NCBI GenBank assembly: GCA_963791045.1
Contig: CAWBQK010000006.1
Span: 347,656-411,655, forward strand
Origin: Candidatus Latescibacterota bacterium
Lineage (GTDB): Bacteria; Krumholzibacteriota; Krumholzibacteriia; WVZY01
Length of the DNA stretch: 64,000 nucleotides
Direction: 5' to 3'
Made by a program: the position numbers and the translations under genes. Below the pieces are notes generated by a model. It was not told where the DNA came from. It was given only the letters and a program-made list of their open reading frames with translations, and did no database searches. Of the stretch, positions 28,988 through 37,885 are shown piece after piece; position 1 is the first letter of the stretch; each line of letters begins with the position of its first letter.

Positions 28988-30856
28988 ATGTGCGGGATTT
29001 GCGGACAATACAATTTCGGGTCGGGTGAGCCCGTCGATCGCGAGATCATCGAAAAGATGACCGCGAAGCTGGTCCATCGCGGGCCGGATGACGAGGGATT
29101 TCACCTGTCGGGATCGCTCGGACTCGGTTTTCGAAGACTTTCGATAATCGATCTCGAGGCGGGGCACCAACCCATGTCGGACGAAGAAGGCAACATCTGG
29201 GTTGTCCTCAACGGCGAGATCTACAATTTTCCCGAGATCCGGCGTATTCTCGAAAATCTCGGATACGTCTTTCGCACACGCGCGGACACCGAGGTTCTCG
29301 TCCATGGTTACAAAGAATGGGGGCTCGATGTCCTCGACCGGCTGAACGGGATGTTTGGCTTGGCCATATGGGATGAGCGGAAAAGGCTTCTCATGGTCGC
29401 CCGCGATCGGATGGGCATCAAGCCCCTGTATTATTCTATCGACAACGACACGCTTCTCTTCGGTTCCGAAATCCGCGCAATCCTCGCCGCAAAAATCGGC
29501 AAGCCCTCCCCCGACGCCAAAGCGCTCAACATGTTTCTTCAGTACAGGTACACGCCATCACCGCTCACCGTTTTCGACGGCATTCGCAAGCTCGCGCCCG
29601 GTACGCGGCTGGTTGTCAGAGACGGATCGCCGTCGGTCGAGCGCTGGTGGAATTTCAAGCCGGAACCGTTTGACCCCATGCCCACCCCTCTGCGCGCGAT
29701 CGGAGAGTTAGAAGACCTCTACAAGCGAGCCATCGAGAGACAACTGATAAGCGACGTTCCCGTTGGAGTCCTGCTCAGCGGCGGACTCGATTCGGGTCTC
29801 TTGCTTGCGCTCATGAATCTTTACGGGCGGGCCTGGAAGACGTTTTCGATCGGGTACGGCGCTGATTTCCAGGACGACGAACTCGCGCTCGCCGCCCGGA
29901 CGGCCGAGATCATGAATGCGCCAAACTACTCGGTTCGCCTCGACAGGGAGATGTTCGAGGAGAGTATGGCGGCCATTGTCGAATCGCTCGAGGAACCGGT
30001 CGCGGCGACATCCGTGATTCCGATGTACCACCTGTGCCGCAAGGCGCGCGAAGAAGTGAAGGTGGTTCTCGTCGGACAGGGGCCCGATGAGCTATTCGGC
30101 GGTTATCTGCGGCATGTGGGCGTTCGATACGGCGCGTACTGGAGGGCGGTTCCCGCCTGGCTTCGCGGTCCGATCGGCGGCGCGCTCGGCCGGTTGCCCC
30201 GGAATGAAACCATCAAACGCGCGCTTTACTCTCTCGATGTTGAATCGCGGATGAAGCGATACCAGCAGGTCTTCTCCATTGTCCCGGGCGACTCGATGGA
30301 GCGCCTGTTCAAACAAGGCGTGCTCCCGGAAGGGGCGAGCGACGAGATTCTCGATTGTTGGAGGGATCTCGAACCGCTGATGGAGGATACGGACGAACTT
30401 GGCGGGCTTCAGTTCATTGAGATCCGGTCCTCTCTGCCCGACGAGCTTCTCATGTACGGGGACAAGCTCTCCATGGCGCACGGCCTGGAGGCGCGGGTTC
30501 CGTATCTCGACCAGGAGATCGTCCAATATGTGGAGAGACTCTCGGCCTCGTTCAAGGTTCGGGGCGGTTCGCGGAAGTGGCTCCACCGTGAAGTCGGGAA
30601 ACGGTTCATGCCCCCCGAAGTTACGGGACGGAGAAAGCTCGGTTTTGCCTCGCCCGTCGATGACTGGCTTCGCGACTCGGTGGACAGTCAAATGTTGACG
30701 TCGCTTTCGGCAAACGGATCGATGATATACGACTATTTACGGCACGATGAAGTTCAGCGGCTAATTGCGGATCACCGCGCCGGCCGTTCGAATAATTTCA
30801 AGATTCTCTTCAGTATCGTTGTCCTCGAAGAGTGGCTGCGGAAGTTCGTTGGATAA
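28988..30856 (+). CDS. asnB: Asparagine synthase-like glutamine amidotransferase, copy 2
   Basis: MCGICG, HRGPDD, RRLSIID, NGEIYN, LSGGLDS, GQGPDELFGGY, LEARVPYLD. Confidence 0.95.
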   Translation: MCGICGQYNFGSGEPVDREIIEKMTAKLVHRGPDDEGFHLSGSLGLGFRRLSIIDLEAGHQPMSDEEGNIWVVLNGEIYNFPEIRRILENLGYVFRTRADTEVLVHGYKEWGLDVLDRLNGMFGLAIWDERKRLLMVARDRMGIKPLYYSIDNDTLLFGSEIRAILAAKIGKPSPDAKALNMFLQYRYTPSPLTVFDGIRKLAPGTRLVVRDGSPSVERWWNFKPEPFDPMPTPLRAIGELEDLYKRAIERQLISDVPVGVLLSGGLDSGLLLALMNLYGRAWKTFSIGYGADFQDDELALAARTAEIMNAPNYSVRLDREMFEESMAAIVESLEEPVAATSVIPMYHLCRKAREEVKVVLVGQGPDELFGGYLRHVGVRYGAYWRAVPAWLRGPIGGALGRLPRNETIKRALYSLDVESRMKRYQQVFSIVPGDSMERLFKQGVLPEGASDEILDCWRDLEPLMEDTDELGGLQFIEIRSSLPDELLMYGDKLSMAHGLEARVPYLDQEIVQYVERLSASFKVRGGSRKWLHREVGKRFMPPEVTGRRKLGFASPVDDWLRDSVDSQMLTSLSANGSMIYDYLRHDEVQRLIADHRAGRSNNFKILFSIVVLEEWLRKFVG

Positions 30857-30910
30857 CGAGTGGGAAGTTACGGTTGACCGTTACGATTTTGACGGAGTAG
30901 TGTACCCGGC

Positions 30911-31963
30911 ATGTATTCAATCTGGATAGATCTCGAGAACGCGCCGCACGTGCCGTTTTTCAAGCCGTTGATTGTCGGTTTGCAGGAACGCGGGCATAAG
31001 ACGTATGTCACAGTGCGCGATTTTGGGTACACGCGCGACCTGATCGAGGCAACGGGCATTCCGTACGATATGATTGGCAAGCACGCTGGAAAAAACTTCG
31101 GACGCAAGGTCTTCAGCATCCTGGGGCGTGTGGGTGGTTTGATGCGTTGGGCGGGCGGCAAGGGGATCGATGTGGCGGTGAGTCACGGATCGCGTTCGCT
31201 TGTTCTTGCGGGTGCGGCGCTCCGAATTCCTACCGTCACGATGTACGACTACGAGTTCGTGTCGACCTCTATCTTCAATCGGCTTTCTTCCAAAGTCCTT
31301 CTGCCCGACATTCTTCCTGACGATCTTCTTGGCAAATTGGGGCTCGAACCCGGTCGGCTCGCGAAATACCCGGGCTTGAAAGAAGAGGTGTACCTGGGCG
31401 ATTTCACACCTGACCCCACCGTGTTGAAGGACCTCAATGTTGGAGCCGACCAGATCGTGGTTGTGGTGCGCCCGCCGGCGACCGTCGCGCACTATCACAA
31501 CCCGTTGAGCGAAGAGATTGTCCAGAGAATCCTCGATCGCCTTGACGGCGTGGAGAACGCCGTCGGGATAATCACACCGAGGACGAAAGAACAGGCCGCG
31601 TCGATAAAAGCATCGTTAAAAACCCCGTCGAAATTCAGGGTCCTCGAAAAACCGGTCAACGGGTTGAATCTCATCGCCCACGCGGACCTGGTGGTCGGCG
31701 GCGGGGGAACGATGAACCGCGAAGCGGCGATGCTCGGCGTGCCGGTTTACAGCGTTTTCACAGGCAGGGTGGGAACCATCGACAAGGCGCTCTCCGAACA
31801 AGGAAAGCTCACTCTCGTCCGTTCCCTCGATGATGTTGGCCTGGTGACATTCGAGAAGCGTGACGTTTCCGACTATGCCGCGCAGGCCTCCGCGCGAAAA
31901 CAACGAAGCGACGAGCTCGTCGCTTCGATTTGCGCGGAAATCCTCGAGACGGCGGGGCGCTGA
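30911..31963 (+). CDS. DUF354 family protein (GT-B-like fold)
   Basis: IWIDLENAPHVPFF, VSHGSR, YPGLKEEVYL, GGGGTMNREAAMLGVP. Confidence 0.85.
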   Translation: MYSIWIDLENAPHVPFFKPLIVGLQERGHKTYVTVRDFGYTRDLIEATGIPYDMIGKHAGKNFGRKVFSILGRVGGLMRWAGGKGIDVAVSHGSRSLVLAGAALRIPTVTMYDYEFVSTSIFNRLSSKVLLPDILPDDLLGKLGLEPGRLAKYPGLKEEVYLGDFTPDPTVLKDLNVGADQIVVVVRPPATVAHYHNPLSEEIVQRILDRLDGVENAVGIITPRTKEQAASIKASLKTPSKFRVLEKPVNGLNLIAHADLVVGGGGTMNREAAMLGVPVYSVFTGRVGTIDKALSEQGKLTLVRSLDDVGLVTFEKRDVSDYAAQASARKQRSDELVASICAEILETAGR

Positions 31964-31975
31964 GCGCTTCTCCGG

Positions 31976-33049
31976 CTATTTCACAGTCTTTCTGAAATCC
32001 CGGAATATAATCAACAAGATCGACCAAAGCGTGTCAAAGGTTCCGTTGCAGCTGCGAAGCCATCTATCCGCCTGCTCGGCGAACATCGCGTTGTCCGTAA
32101 GCTCGTGGAGCTTGCGGAGCATGCGGATGTGGGCCCGGTGATAAAAGGGGTTGGCAATATTGAAGTGATTCTTGAGCCCCGGGTTGGGGGCGAGGCTGTA
32201 CAAACTGTACCCGCGCCAATCGAACTTCGGCAGCATGTCGGCGGCCGCGGTGACCCCCATCTCGAACAGGCGCCCGGCCTCGGACAGACCGGTGTATTTC
32301 CAGAAATAATAAATATTGATCAGCGTATGAAAGTGGCCGTTCAAAATGTGATGCGGCGGCGACGATACTACCTCTTCAAAAAACAAGCCGCCGCTCGTCG
32401 TTCGTGAACCCAATCCGTCTTCTTCCAGCGGTCTGGCAAGAGGGACAAATCCTTTTTCGGCGATATCCAGGAAGCGCGCGTCTCCGAATAACCAGTGTGC
32501 CCAAAGAAGCGCGTTCATGCAGTAGATCTGAAAGTACGCCGACGACCACGGCGCCGTGACCTTGTACTGATAGCCGAGGTCAAAATCGGCGCGCCACAAA
32601 ACGGCCGTCCGGCCTTCTATGTTCACCTCGGCGGCGGTGGCGGCAATATATTCGAACTGCCGGGCGCAGAGGAGCAGATCGTCGCGATTCCCTGTTTCCA
32701 CATATTTTTTTGCGTGTTTGATGGCAAAGTGAGCGATATTCGCGGGGATGCGCCGTTTGCCCGCGACACCGCGTTGGCCCACTGCGTCGTAGTCGATAAA
32801 ATGAATCCCTTCGTCGTCCACATGGGGTGACAGTTTGGTCCAGTCGACCGTATCGAACGACGGAAATGGATCGTTACGGGCTGGTTCATCCGTTGGCGGC
32901 GTCCACGACGAAAACGGGGCGTTCATATCCTCGGCGCACCGCGCAGTCCATTTCCTGGCGCGCGGAAATGCGGAAATGACCCATGCCAATCCGCCGACGA
33001 CAACAACTCCGGCGATGACGAGTATCCAATTGAAGATTATGGAAATCAT
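31976..33049 (-). CDS. D-glucuronyl C5-epimerase family protein, N-terminally membrane-anchored
   Basis: APWSSAYFQ, FFEEV..PPHHILNGHFHTLINIY, MLPKFD..GYSLYSL, YHRAHIRMLRKL follow the C5-epim_C pattern. Confidence 0.8.
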   Translation of the reverse strand: MISIIFNWILVIAGVVVVGGLAWVISAFPRARKWTARCAEDMNAPFSSWTPPTDEPARNDPFPSFDTVDWTKLSPHVDDEGIHFIDYDAVGQRGVAGKRRIPANIAHFAIKHAKKYVETGNRDDLLLCARQFEYIAATAAEVNIEGRTAVLWRADFDLGYQYKVTAPWSSAYFQIYCMNALLWAHWLFGDARFLDIAEKGFVPLARPLEEDGLGSRTTSGGLFFEEVVSSPPHHILNGHFHTLINIYYFWKYTGLSEAGRLFEMGVTAAADMLPKFDWRGYSLYSLAPNPGLKNHFNIANPFYHRAHIRMLRKLHELTDNAMFAEQADRWLRSCNGTFDTLWSILLIIFRDFRKTVK

Positions 33050-33050
33050 T

Positions 33051-33893
33051 TTACAGGGCCGCTCCTCGATCGGACGCTTTTCGCGGTTTCGATACCGCAA
33101 GGGCCGCGCCGCACGCAAACATGACGGAGAGAATCAGAGATACAATAACAAATAAGGTCCGGGGTTTGTCGTACAAGCTTGGTGTCACTGCGTTATTGTA
33201 TCTGTTTTCTCCCATAAATACCCGGAATAGCCGGGATACGGGCCGGGGAAGCTTCTCCCAACGAATATTTTTGTAATTATCGAACAGGTATGGATACCCG
33301 GGATCTTGGTCGTAAATTTGCGCGAATAACTCATCGTTATCATGGATTTCTTTGGCCGTTGCGATTCGGTCGTCATCCGTTCGCCACACAAACGAGGCGT
33401 CCGATGGTGAAATGACGAGCCAGCGATCGCCGGAGCGGAACTCGATCATCGTATGGCCGCCGCCGCGTCCGTCTTCGTTGTCGAGTAATTGCAATTTCCT
33501 CGCCGGAATGTCCAGTTTCCAAAGCGCGTTGAGAAGCGTGCGCGACATCGTCCCACACGCCCCGTATGTCGAGTGGCCCTCGACGCCAAACCCACCGTAT
33601 CGGAGGCAGACCGCCGATGTTACATTGAACGGCGATGTGCTCTCCCATTGGGAGTATCGATCCATGTCTTGTTTTAACAATGGGTTGCGAGTCTTTTGAT
33701 AGATTTCTTTTGAGAGTTTGAGGGCGATCTCCTCGTTGCTCTCCGTGCCCTCATTGGAAAGCGCGGTGTCGATGAGCCGATCGAGGAAACGTTCGCGTTC
33801 GCGGATTTTAATCGAGAAAAAGAGAGCGCCGATGAGTGAGACGGTCAGCCCAACGGCACACACAATGAAGAGTATCGATCGGAATTTACGCAT
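33051..33893 (-). CDS. Membrane-anchored transglutaminase-like protein
   Basis: TM helices at both ends; GACGTMS...ARKLQL...GHTMIEF...WLVISPS (Cys-His, with Ser at the usual Asp). Confidence 0.65.
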   Translation of the reverse strand: MRKFRSILFIVCAVGLTVSLIGALFFSIKIRERERFLDRLIDTALSNEGTESNEEIALKLSKEIYQKTRNPLLKQDMDRYSQWESTSPFNVTSAVCLRYGGFGVEGHSTYGACGTMSRTLLNALWKLDIPARKLQLLDNEDGRGGGHTMIEFRSGDRWLVISPSDASFVWRTDDDRIATAKEIHDNDELFAQIYDQDPGYPYLFDNYKNIRWEKLPRPVSRLFRVFMGENRYNNAVTPSLYDKPRTLFVIVSLILSVMFACGAALAVSKPRKASDRGAAL

Positions 33894-33901
33894 CGCCCAC
33901 T

Positions 33902-34642
33902 TCAGGCCTTTTCCATCTCGAGTCGGAATGTGCTCTTGAGAAAGTAAGCGGCCGCTGCGTTTCCGAGAAGAAACTTTCCGATTGTTCCGAAACGGTAGAG
34001 GGGCTCCCATCGGATTTGCGGATTCTCAAAGCCCGCCTCCTCGAGAAGTCGCGCCCACACATCGGGATTTTGGTGCTTGAACCATTCGATGGTTGGACAA
34101 AACGGATTCTTCAAGCCAATAGTGTCAAAGAAATTGTGCCGGGAACAGTCGACCACAATGATCTTCGCCCCTTCGTTTCCCAAACCGCCGATAGCGGTGA
34201 GAATTGTTTTGTATGAGTTCCAGGATTCATTTTTGTAGAGAAGCGTGACACACGCGTCTTCATCCAGGTGGTTTATCGACGCGTGTGAGAATATGATGTC
34301 GAACTTTTCGCCGTCGGTTGGGTATTCCTGGATGGTGCGTGGATCGAGCGTCACATTTGCGTCGGGTAGTTGTGCGCGGATCTTCTCGAAAGTGCTCGTG
34401 ACGCCGGACATGCTTCCCGCCGCTTCGGGCTCGAGGCAGATGACCTCGCGCGCCCCCGCACAGGCGGCGTAGAAACTATAAATACCGCTGCCGCCGCCAA
34501 TGTCGAGTATGCGTTTGTCGGCGATCTCGACCCCGTCGAAAAGGTCCTCGAGTTGTCTTTGGGCCCAGACTTTCGAAGTTACGAAGCCCATGTCGACAAT
34601 CGTCGAAAAGTAGTCGTCAACAGATGATGTCAGCGCTGCCAT
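33902..34642 (-). CDS. Class I SAM-dependent methyltransferase
   Basis: ILDIGGGSG motif I, FDIIFSHASINHL. Confidence 0.88.
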   Translation of the reverse strand: MAALTSSVDDYFSTIVDMGFVTSKVWAQRQLEDLFDGVEIADKRILDIGGGSGIYSFYAACAGAREVICLEPEAAGSMSGVTSTFEKIRAQLPDANVTLDPRTIQEYPTDGEKFDIIFSHASINHLDEDACVTLLYKNESWNSYKTILTAIGGLGNEGAKIIVVDCSRHNFFDTIGLKNPFCPTIEWFKHQNPDVWARLLEEAGFENPQIRWEPLYRFGTIGKFLLGNAAAAYFLKSTFRLEMEKA

Positions 34643-34716
34643 CGATGGTGTCCTCCAGGATTGTCCAGCCTGCCGCCGTCAAACAAGACCGGCTGATTGG
34701 ATTTGCCGCCATAGTA

Positions 34717-36453
34717 TCACAACTCAAGGCTACCCGCGTCCTCATTCATCATCCGGTGCATCCGGCAGATGATGAACGCTCGGAACGCGAGGACATTTGC
34801 GTCGAGGGTCGGCTTCTTGAAGCGATCGCGATACAGCCCCCGTGGACGCCGGGTGATCGCGCCAAGTGTTTCGCGAATCCGCGTGGGCAGAAGATACTTC
34901 GGGTGTGTTTCCGGCCGGCTCGGCCCACCCGATTTTTGAATTTGTGTGTTGTTTTCGAGGAATCCCAAAAGGCTCGAAGGGAGCAATCCGCCGCCCTCCG
35001 TGGCGCCAATCTCACGCTTCATCAATTTGACGAGTTCAGGTGACCGGAAAATATTCGTCGGTGTGTCTATCGCCGAGCGGACGGCGTAAGGGATGTCCGG
35101 CCCCATACGCGTTGCGACGTCCATAAACGGTTTGCGCCCGAGACGAAGCGAGTCGGGGATCGTGCGGACATAATCGACGATCCCTCGTGACAGAAACGGG
35201 TTTATGAGTTCAACGTACGAGCACTTGAGATCGTTCAGGGCGGCCATGACATAAGGCATCCTGAAATTGTAATAGAGGCGGTCCCGCCATCTTAATAGAG
35301 GCTCGCCTTCGCGTTTTAAGAGGTGTGCGGGGAGTTCCTGTTGGGGGAGATCGTCGACAACCCCGGGCGGAAGATTGGCGTAATCGGAGAGGAGCAGACA
35401 ATTGACATACCGTCTGACACCAAAATCCGTATAAGCGGGCATCCGCATCCCGAAGCACTCGTCGCCTCTGATCACGCCGTCCGCGCCGCTTTCAAAAATG
35501 TCTTTCCATATTTTGAATCCATCCATGTATCCCGCCACCGCGTCCACGCGCCCCTCGCCCGCCACAAAATATCTGTCAAAAAGTGTGTCGATGGGTTCGT
35601 TCGACATGTCGGTCTCAAAAAAACGGTGGTTGAGCCCGAGGTGTGCGGCGAGTTGAGAGGCGATGTAAGCGTCGTTACCCTTGTCTTCGAGCGCGGTTCT
35701 TAGTCCCCACGTCACGCATCTTAGCCCATCCCTGTTCTTGAGCCACATCAAGATCGCCCGGCTGTCGACGCCGCCCGAAAGCGGGAGAACCCACCGGGCC
35801 GTGTCGATGTCGAGCGCGTCGAATGTGTGCGTAATCGCCTCGCCGAGCCCTTCCGCGTGGTCTTTCCTCGCGCGCCGGACCGGTTCTATTTCGTTGCTCG
35901 TTTGATGCGTGTCGAGCCGCCAGCTTCGGCGATCGAGGACGATCCGCGAACTCGAACGCATCACCGAAATCCGGCGGTCCCATGAATTGTCCGGCCCGAG
36001 CTGTCCGCTCGAGAGCATCCAGGGATACGCGGCGGGGTTGGGTTCGAACGAACCGAGAAATGCCACGATGGCCCGTTGGGATGTGGACGCGAGGAAGAGT
36101 TCGTCCGTTTTAGCGTACCAGACGGTTCGCGAGCCCACGGGGTCGTTAATGATTTCAATAGAGTCATCGCCACACCGGACGAGCGCATACGTCCCGTCGG
36201 GAACCGGCGCTCCTGGACGCCACCAATCCGTACCCGGATCGATCAAGATTCCGAGGCAGACACTGGCGCCGTGGCGTGGAATCGACGCCGTTGGGTTGAG
36301 TAGGACGGTCGTGACACCCGTCTCATTCGCCGTCGCGGGGGCGGGCGGCGTGATGTTGTCGGGTGTGAGCCGTTCATTCAACCGGTCGATTGCGGATTCC
36401 AGGCGAAGTGTCGCATTGGGATCTCGCGGGCATATGCAGATCAATTTGGCCAT
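34717..36453 (-). CDS. Asparagine synthase-related protein lacking the N-terminal catalytic Cys
   Basis: DPVGSRTVWY, LPLSGGVDSRAI PP-loop, RGDECFG, INPFL; begins MAKLIC rather than MCG. Confidence 0.8.
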   Translation of the reverse strand: MAKLICICPRDPNATLRLESAIDRLNERLTPDNITPPAPATANETGVTTVLLNPTASIPRHGASVCLGILIDPGTDWWRPGAPVPDGTYALVRCGDDSIEIINDPVGSRTVWYAKTDELFLASTSQRAIVAFLGSFEPNPAAYPWMLSSGQLGPDNSWDRRISVMRSSSRIVLDRRSWRLDTHQTSNEIEPVRRARKDHAEGLGEAITHTFDALDIDTARWVLPLSGGVDSRAILMWLKNRDGLRCVTWGLRTALEDKGNDAYIASQLAAHLGLNHRFFETDMSNEPIDTLFDRYFVAGEGRVDAVAGYMDGFKIWKDIFESGADGVIRGDECFGMRMPAYTDFGVRRYVNCLLLSDYANLPPGVVDDLPQQELPAHLLKREGEPLLRWRDRLYYNFRMPYVMAALNDLKCSYVELINPFLSRGIVDYVRTIPDSLRLGRKPFMDVATRMGPDIPYAVRSAIDTPTNIFRSPELVKLMKREIGATEGGGLLPSSLLGFLENNTQIQKSGGPSRPETHPKYLLPTRIRETLGAITRRPRGLYRDRFKKPTLDANVLAFRAFIICRMHRMMNEDAGSLEL

Positions 36454-36644
36454 AAAAGACGGGCTGCCTCCGAGTTGTTTCCAATCATACCGCTCCAACC
36501 GGTTTCATACCAGCAAGATGTCTGCCGAACCCCCCGCCCGCCCCGGGATTGGTGTGGAGGGATCCCTCGGGTTTGTATAAACTTATAGTAGAAGATGGTT
36601 TTGATTGTGTGAAATCATACCCGCGCCCTGGGGGGGCAAGATCG

Positions 36645-37316
36645 ATGGATATGAGTAACGGCGATTCGCCGCACGGGGACACCGTGGAGAACCGGGCCGA
36701 CCGCCACCGGATGGTCGAGGAGCAAATCCGGCGGCGGGATGTCAGCGATCCCCGCGTGCTTTGGGCGATGGAGACCGTTCCTCGTCACCTGTTCGTTCGG
36801 CCAGAGGATTTTGCCCACGCCTACGACGACTGCCCGCTGCCCCTCGTCCTGGGACAGACCATTTCGCAACCCTACATTGTGGCGTTGATGACCGAGCTGC
36901 TAGAACTCCAACCCGCCCACCGCGTGCTTGAAATCGGGACGGGGTCGGGGTACCAGTCCGCCGTGTTGTCGCTCCTCGCCGACGATGTCATGTCCATCGA
37001 ATGGGTCGAACCGCTCGGATTAGAAGCGCGCGGACGGCTGGCGTCTCTCGGGTACGACAACGTGGAGGTCAGGATCGGCGATGGATACGCGGGATGGCCG
37101 GACGCGGCGCCCTTCGATGCGATCATAGTTACGGCAGCTCCCGAACGCGTCCCCGCCGCGCTTGTCGAGCAACTCGCCGACGGCGGACGGATGGCGATCC
37201 CTGTGGGCGCGCATTTCCAGGAGTTGTATCGAATCGTTAAAAAGGGCGACAAGACGGTCGAAGAAAAAATCGCGAACGTCCGCTTTGTGCCGATGGTGGA
37301 AGGGGAGGAAAGCTAG
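36645..37316 (+). CDS. pcm: Protein-L-isoaspartate O-methyltransferase
   Basis: VPRHLF, GQTISQPYIVA, VLEIGTGSGYQ, GDGYAGW, APFDAIIVTAA, VRFVPM. Confidence 0.96.
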   Translation: MDMSNGDSPHGDTVENRADRHRMVEEQIRRRDVSDPRVLWAMETVPRHLFVRPEDFAHAYDDCPLPLVLGQTISQPYIVALMTELLELQPAHRVLEIGTGSGYQSAVLSLLADDVMSIEWVEPLGLEARGRLASLGYDNVEVRIGDGYAGWPDAAPFDAIIVTAAPERVPAALVEQLADGGRMAIPVGAHFQELYRIVKKGDKTVEEKIANVRFVPMVEGEES

Positions 37317-37332
37317 TCGTCCCGTCAAGCGT

Positions 37333-37698
37333 TTACGTCGTCGGATCCTCGCCGACGGTGACCCTGACTGTTGTGTGAATCCCGCCGCGAATGAGAAAAT
37401 CTCCAACGACTTCCATGAAGAGCGGTTTGCACGCGCCCGAGAGATCGTCGAGGATCTTGTTCACCACTGCCTCGTGAAAGGCCCCCTCGTTCCTGTATGA
37501 CCAGAGATACAACTTCAGCGACTTGAGCTCGACGCAAAGTTCATCGGGGACGTAACGGATACGAATGGTCGCGAAATCAGGTTGTCCGGTACGCGGACAG
37601 AGACACGTAAACTCGGGCGTCTCCATGGAAATCATGTACGGGCGCCCGGGCTGCGGGTTGGGGAAGAGTTCGAGTTCTTTTGACGGATCTGCGCTCAT
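37333..37698 (-). CDS. queF: NADPH-dependent 7-cyano-7-deazaguanine reductase (short type)
   Basis: [45 protein letters not shown]. Confidence 0.96.
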   Translation of the reverse strand: MSADPSKELELFPNPQPGRPYMISMETPEFTCLCPRTGQPDFATIRIRYVPDELCVELKSLKLYLWSYRNEGAFHEAVVNKILDDLSGACKPLFMEVVGDFLIRGGIHTTVRVTVGEDPTT

Positions 37699-37885
37699 TG
37701 GTTCTCCTTCTTTTTCCCAGTACACTAACCTTTTCCCTCCTATTATCAAGCACCGCGCTGGGAGAGCCGGTGCGGTCTTTCTCTGGCCCTTTCGCGGGAG
37801 CCAGCGAGAATCCACCGTCGGCGTAGCCGGCGGTTAGTCGAGCGAAGCGGAGCGAGGGCCTGCGGAAGACCGCGCCGGACGAAGG

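Noticed and set aside
33051-36682. Lasso peptide cluster (AsnB-like cyclase, transglutaminase-like peptidase; NTP_transf_5 and ABC exporter elsewhere in the window)
   Set aside because: No PqqD/RRE gene and no precursor with a YxxP-L leader and Thr-2. The transglutaminase-like protein is membrane-anchored and the context is glycan-related.
37699-37885. preQ1 riboswitch upstream of queF
   Set aside because: No preQ1-type stem-loop with a matching A-rich tail that I could recognise; only a generic GC hairpin.
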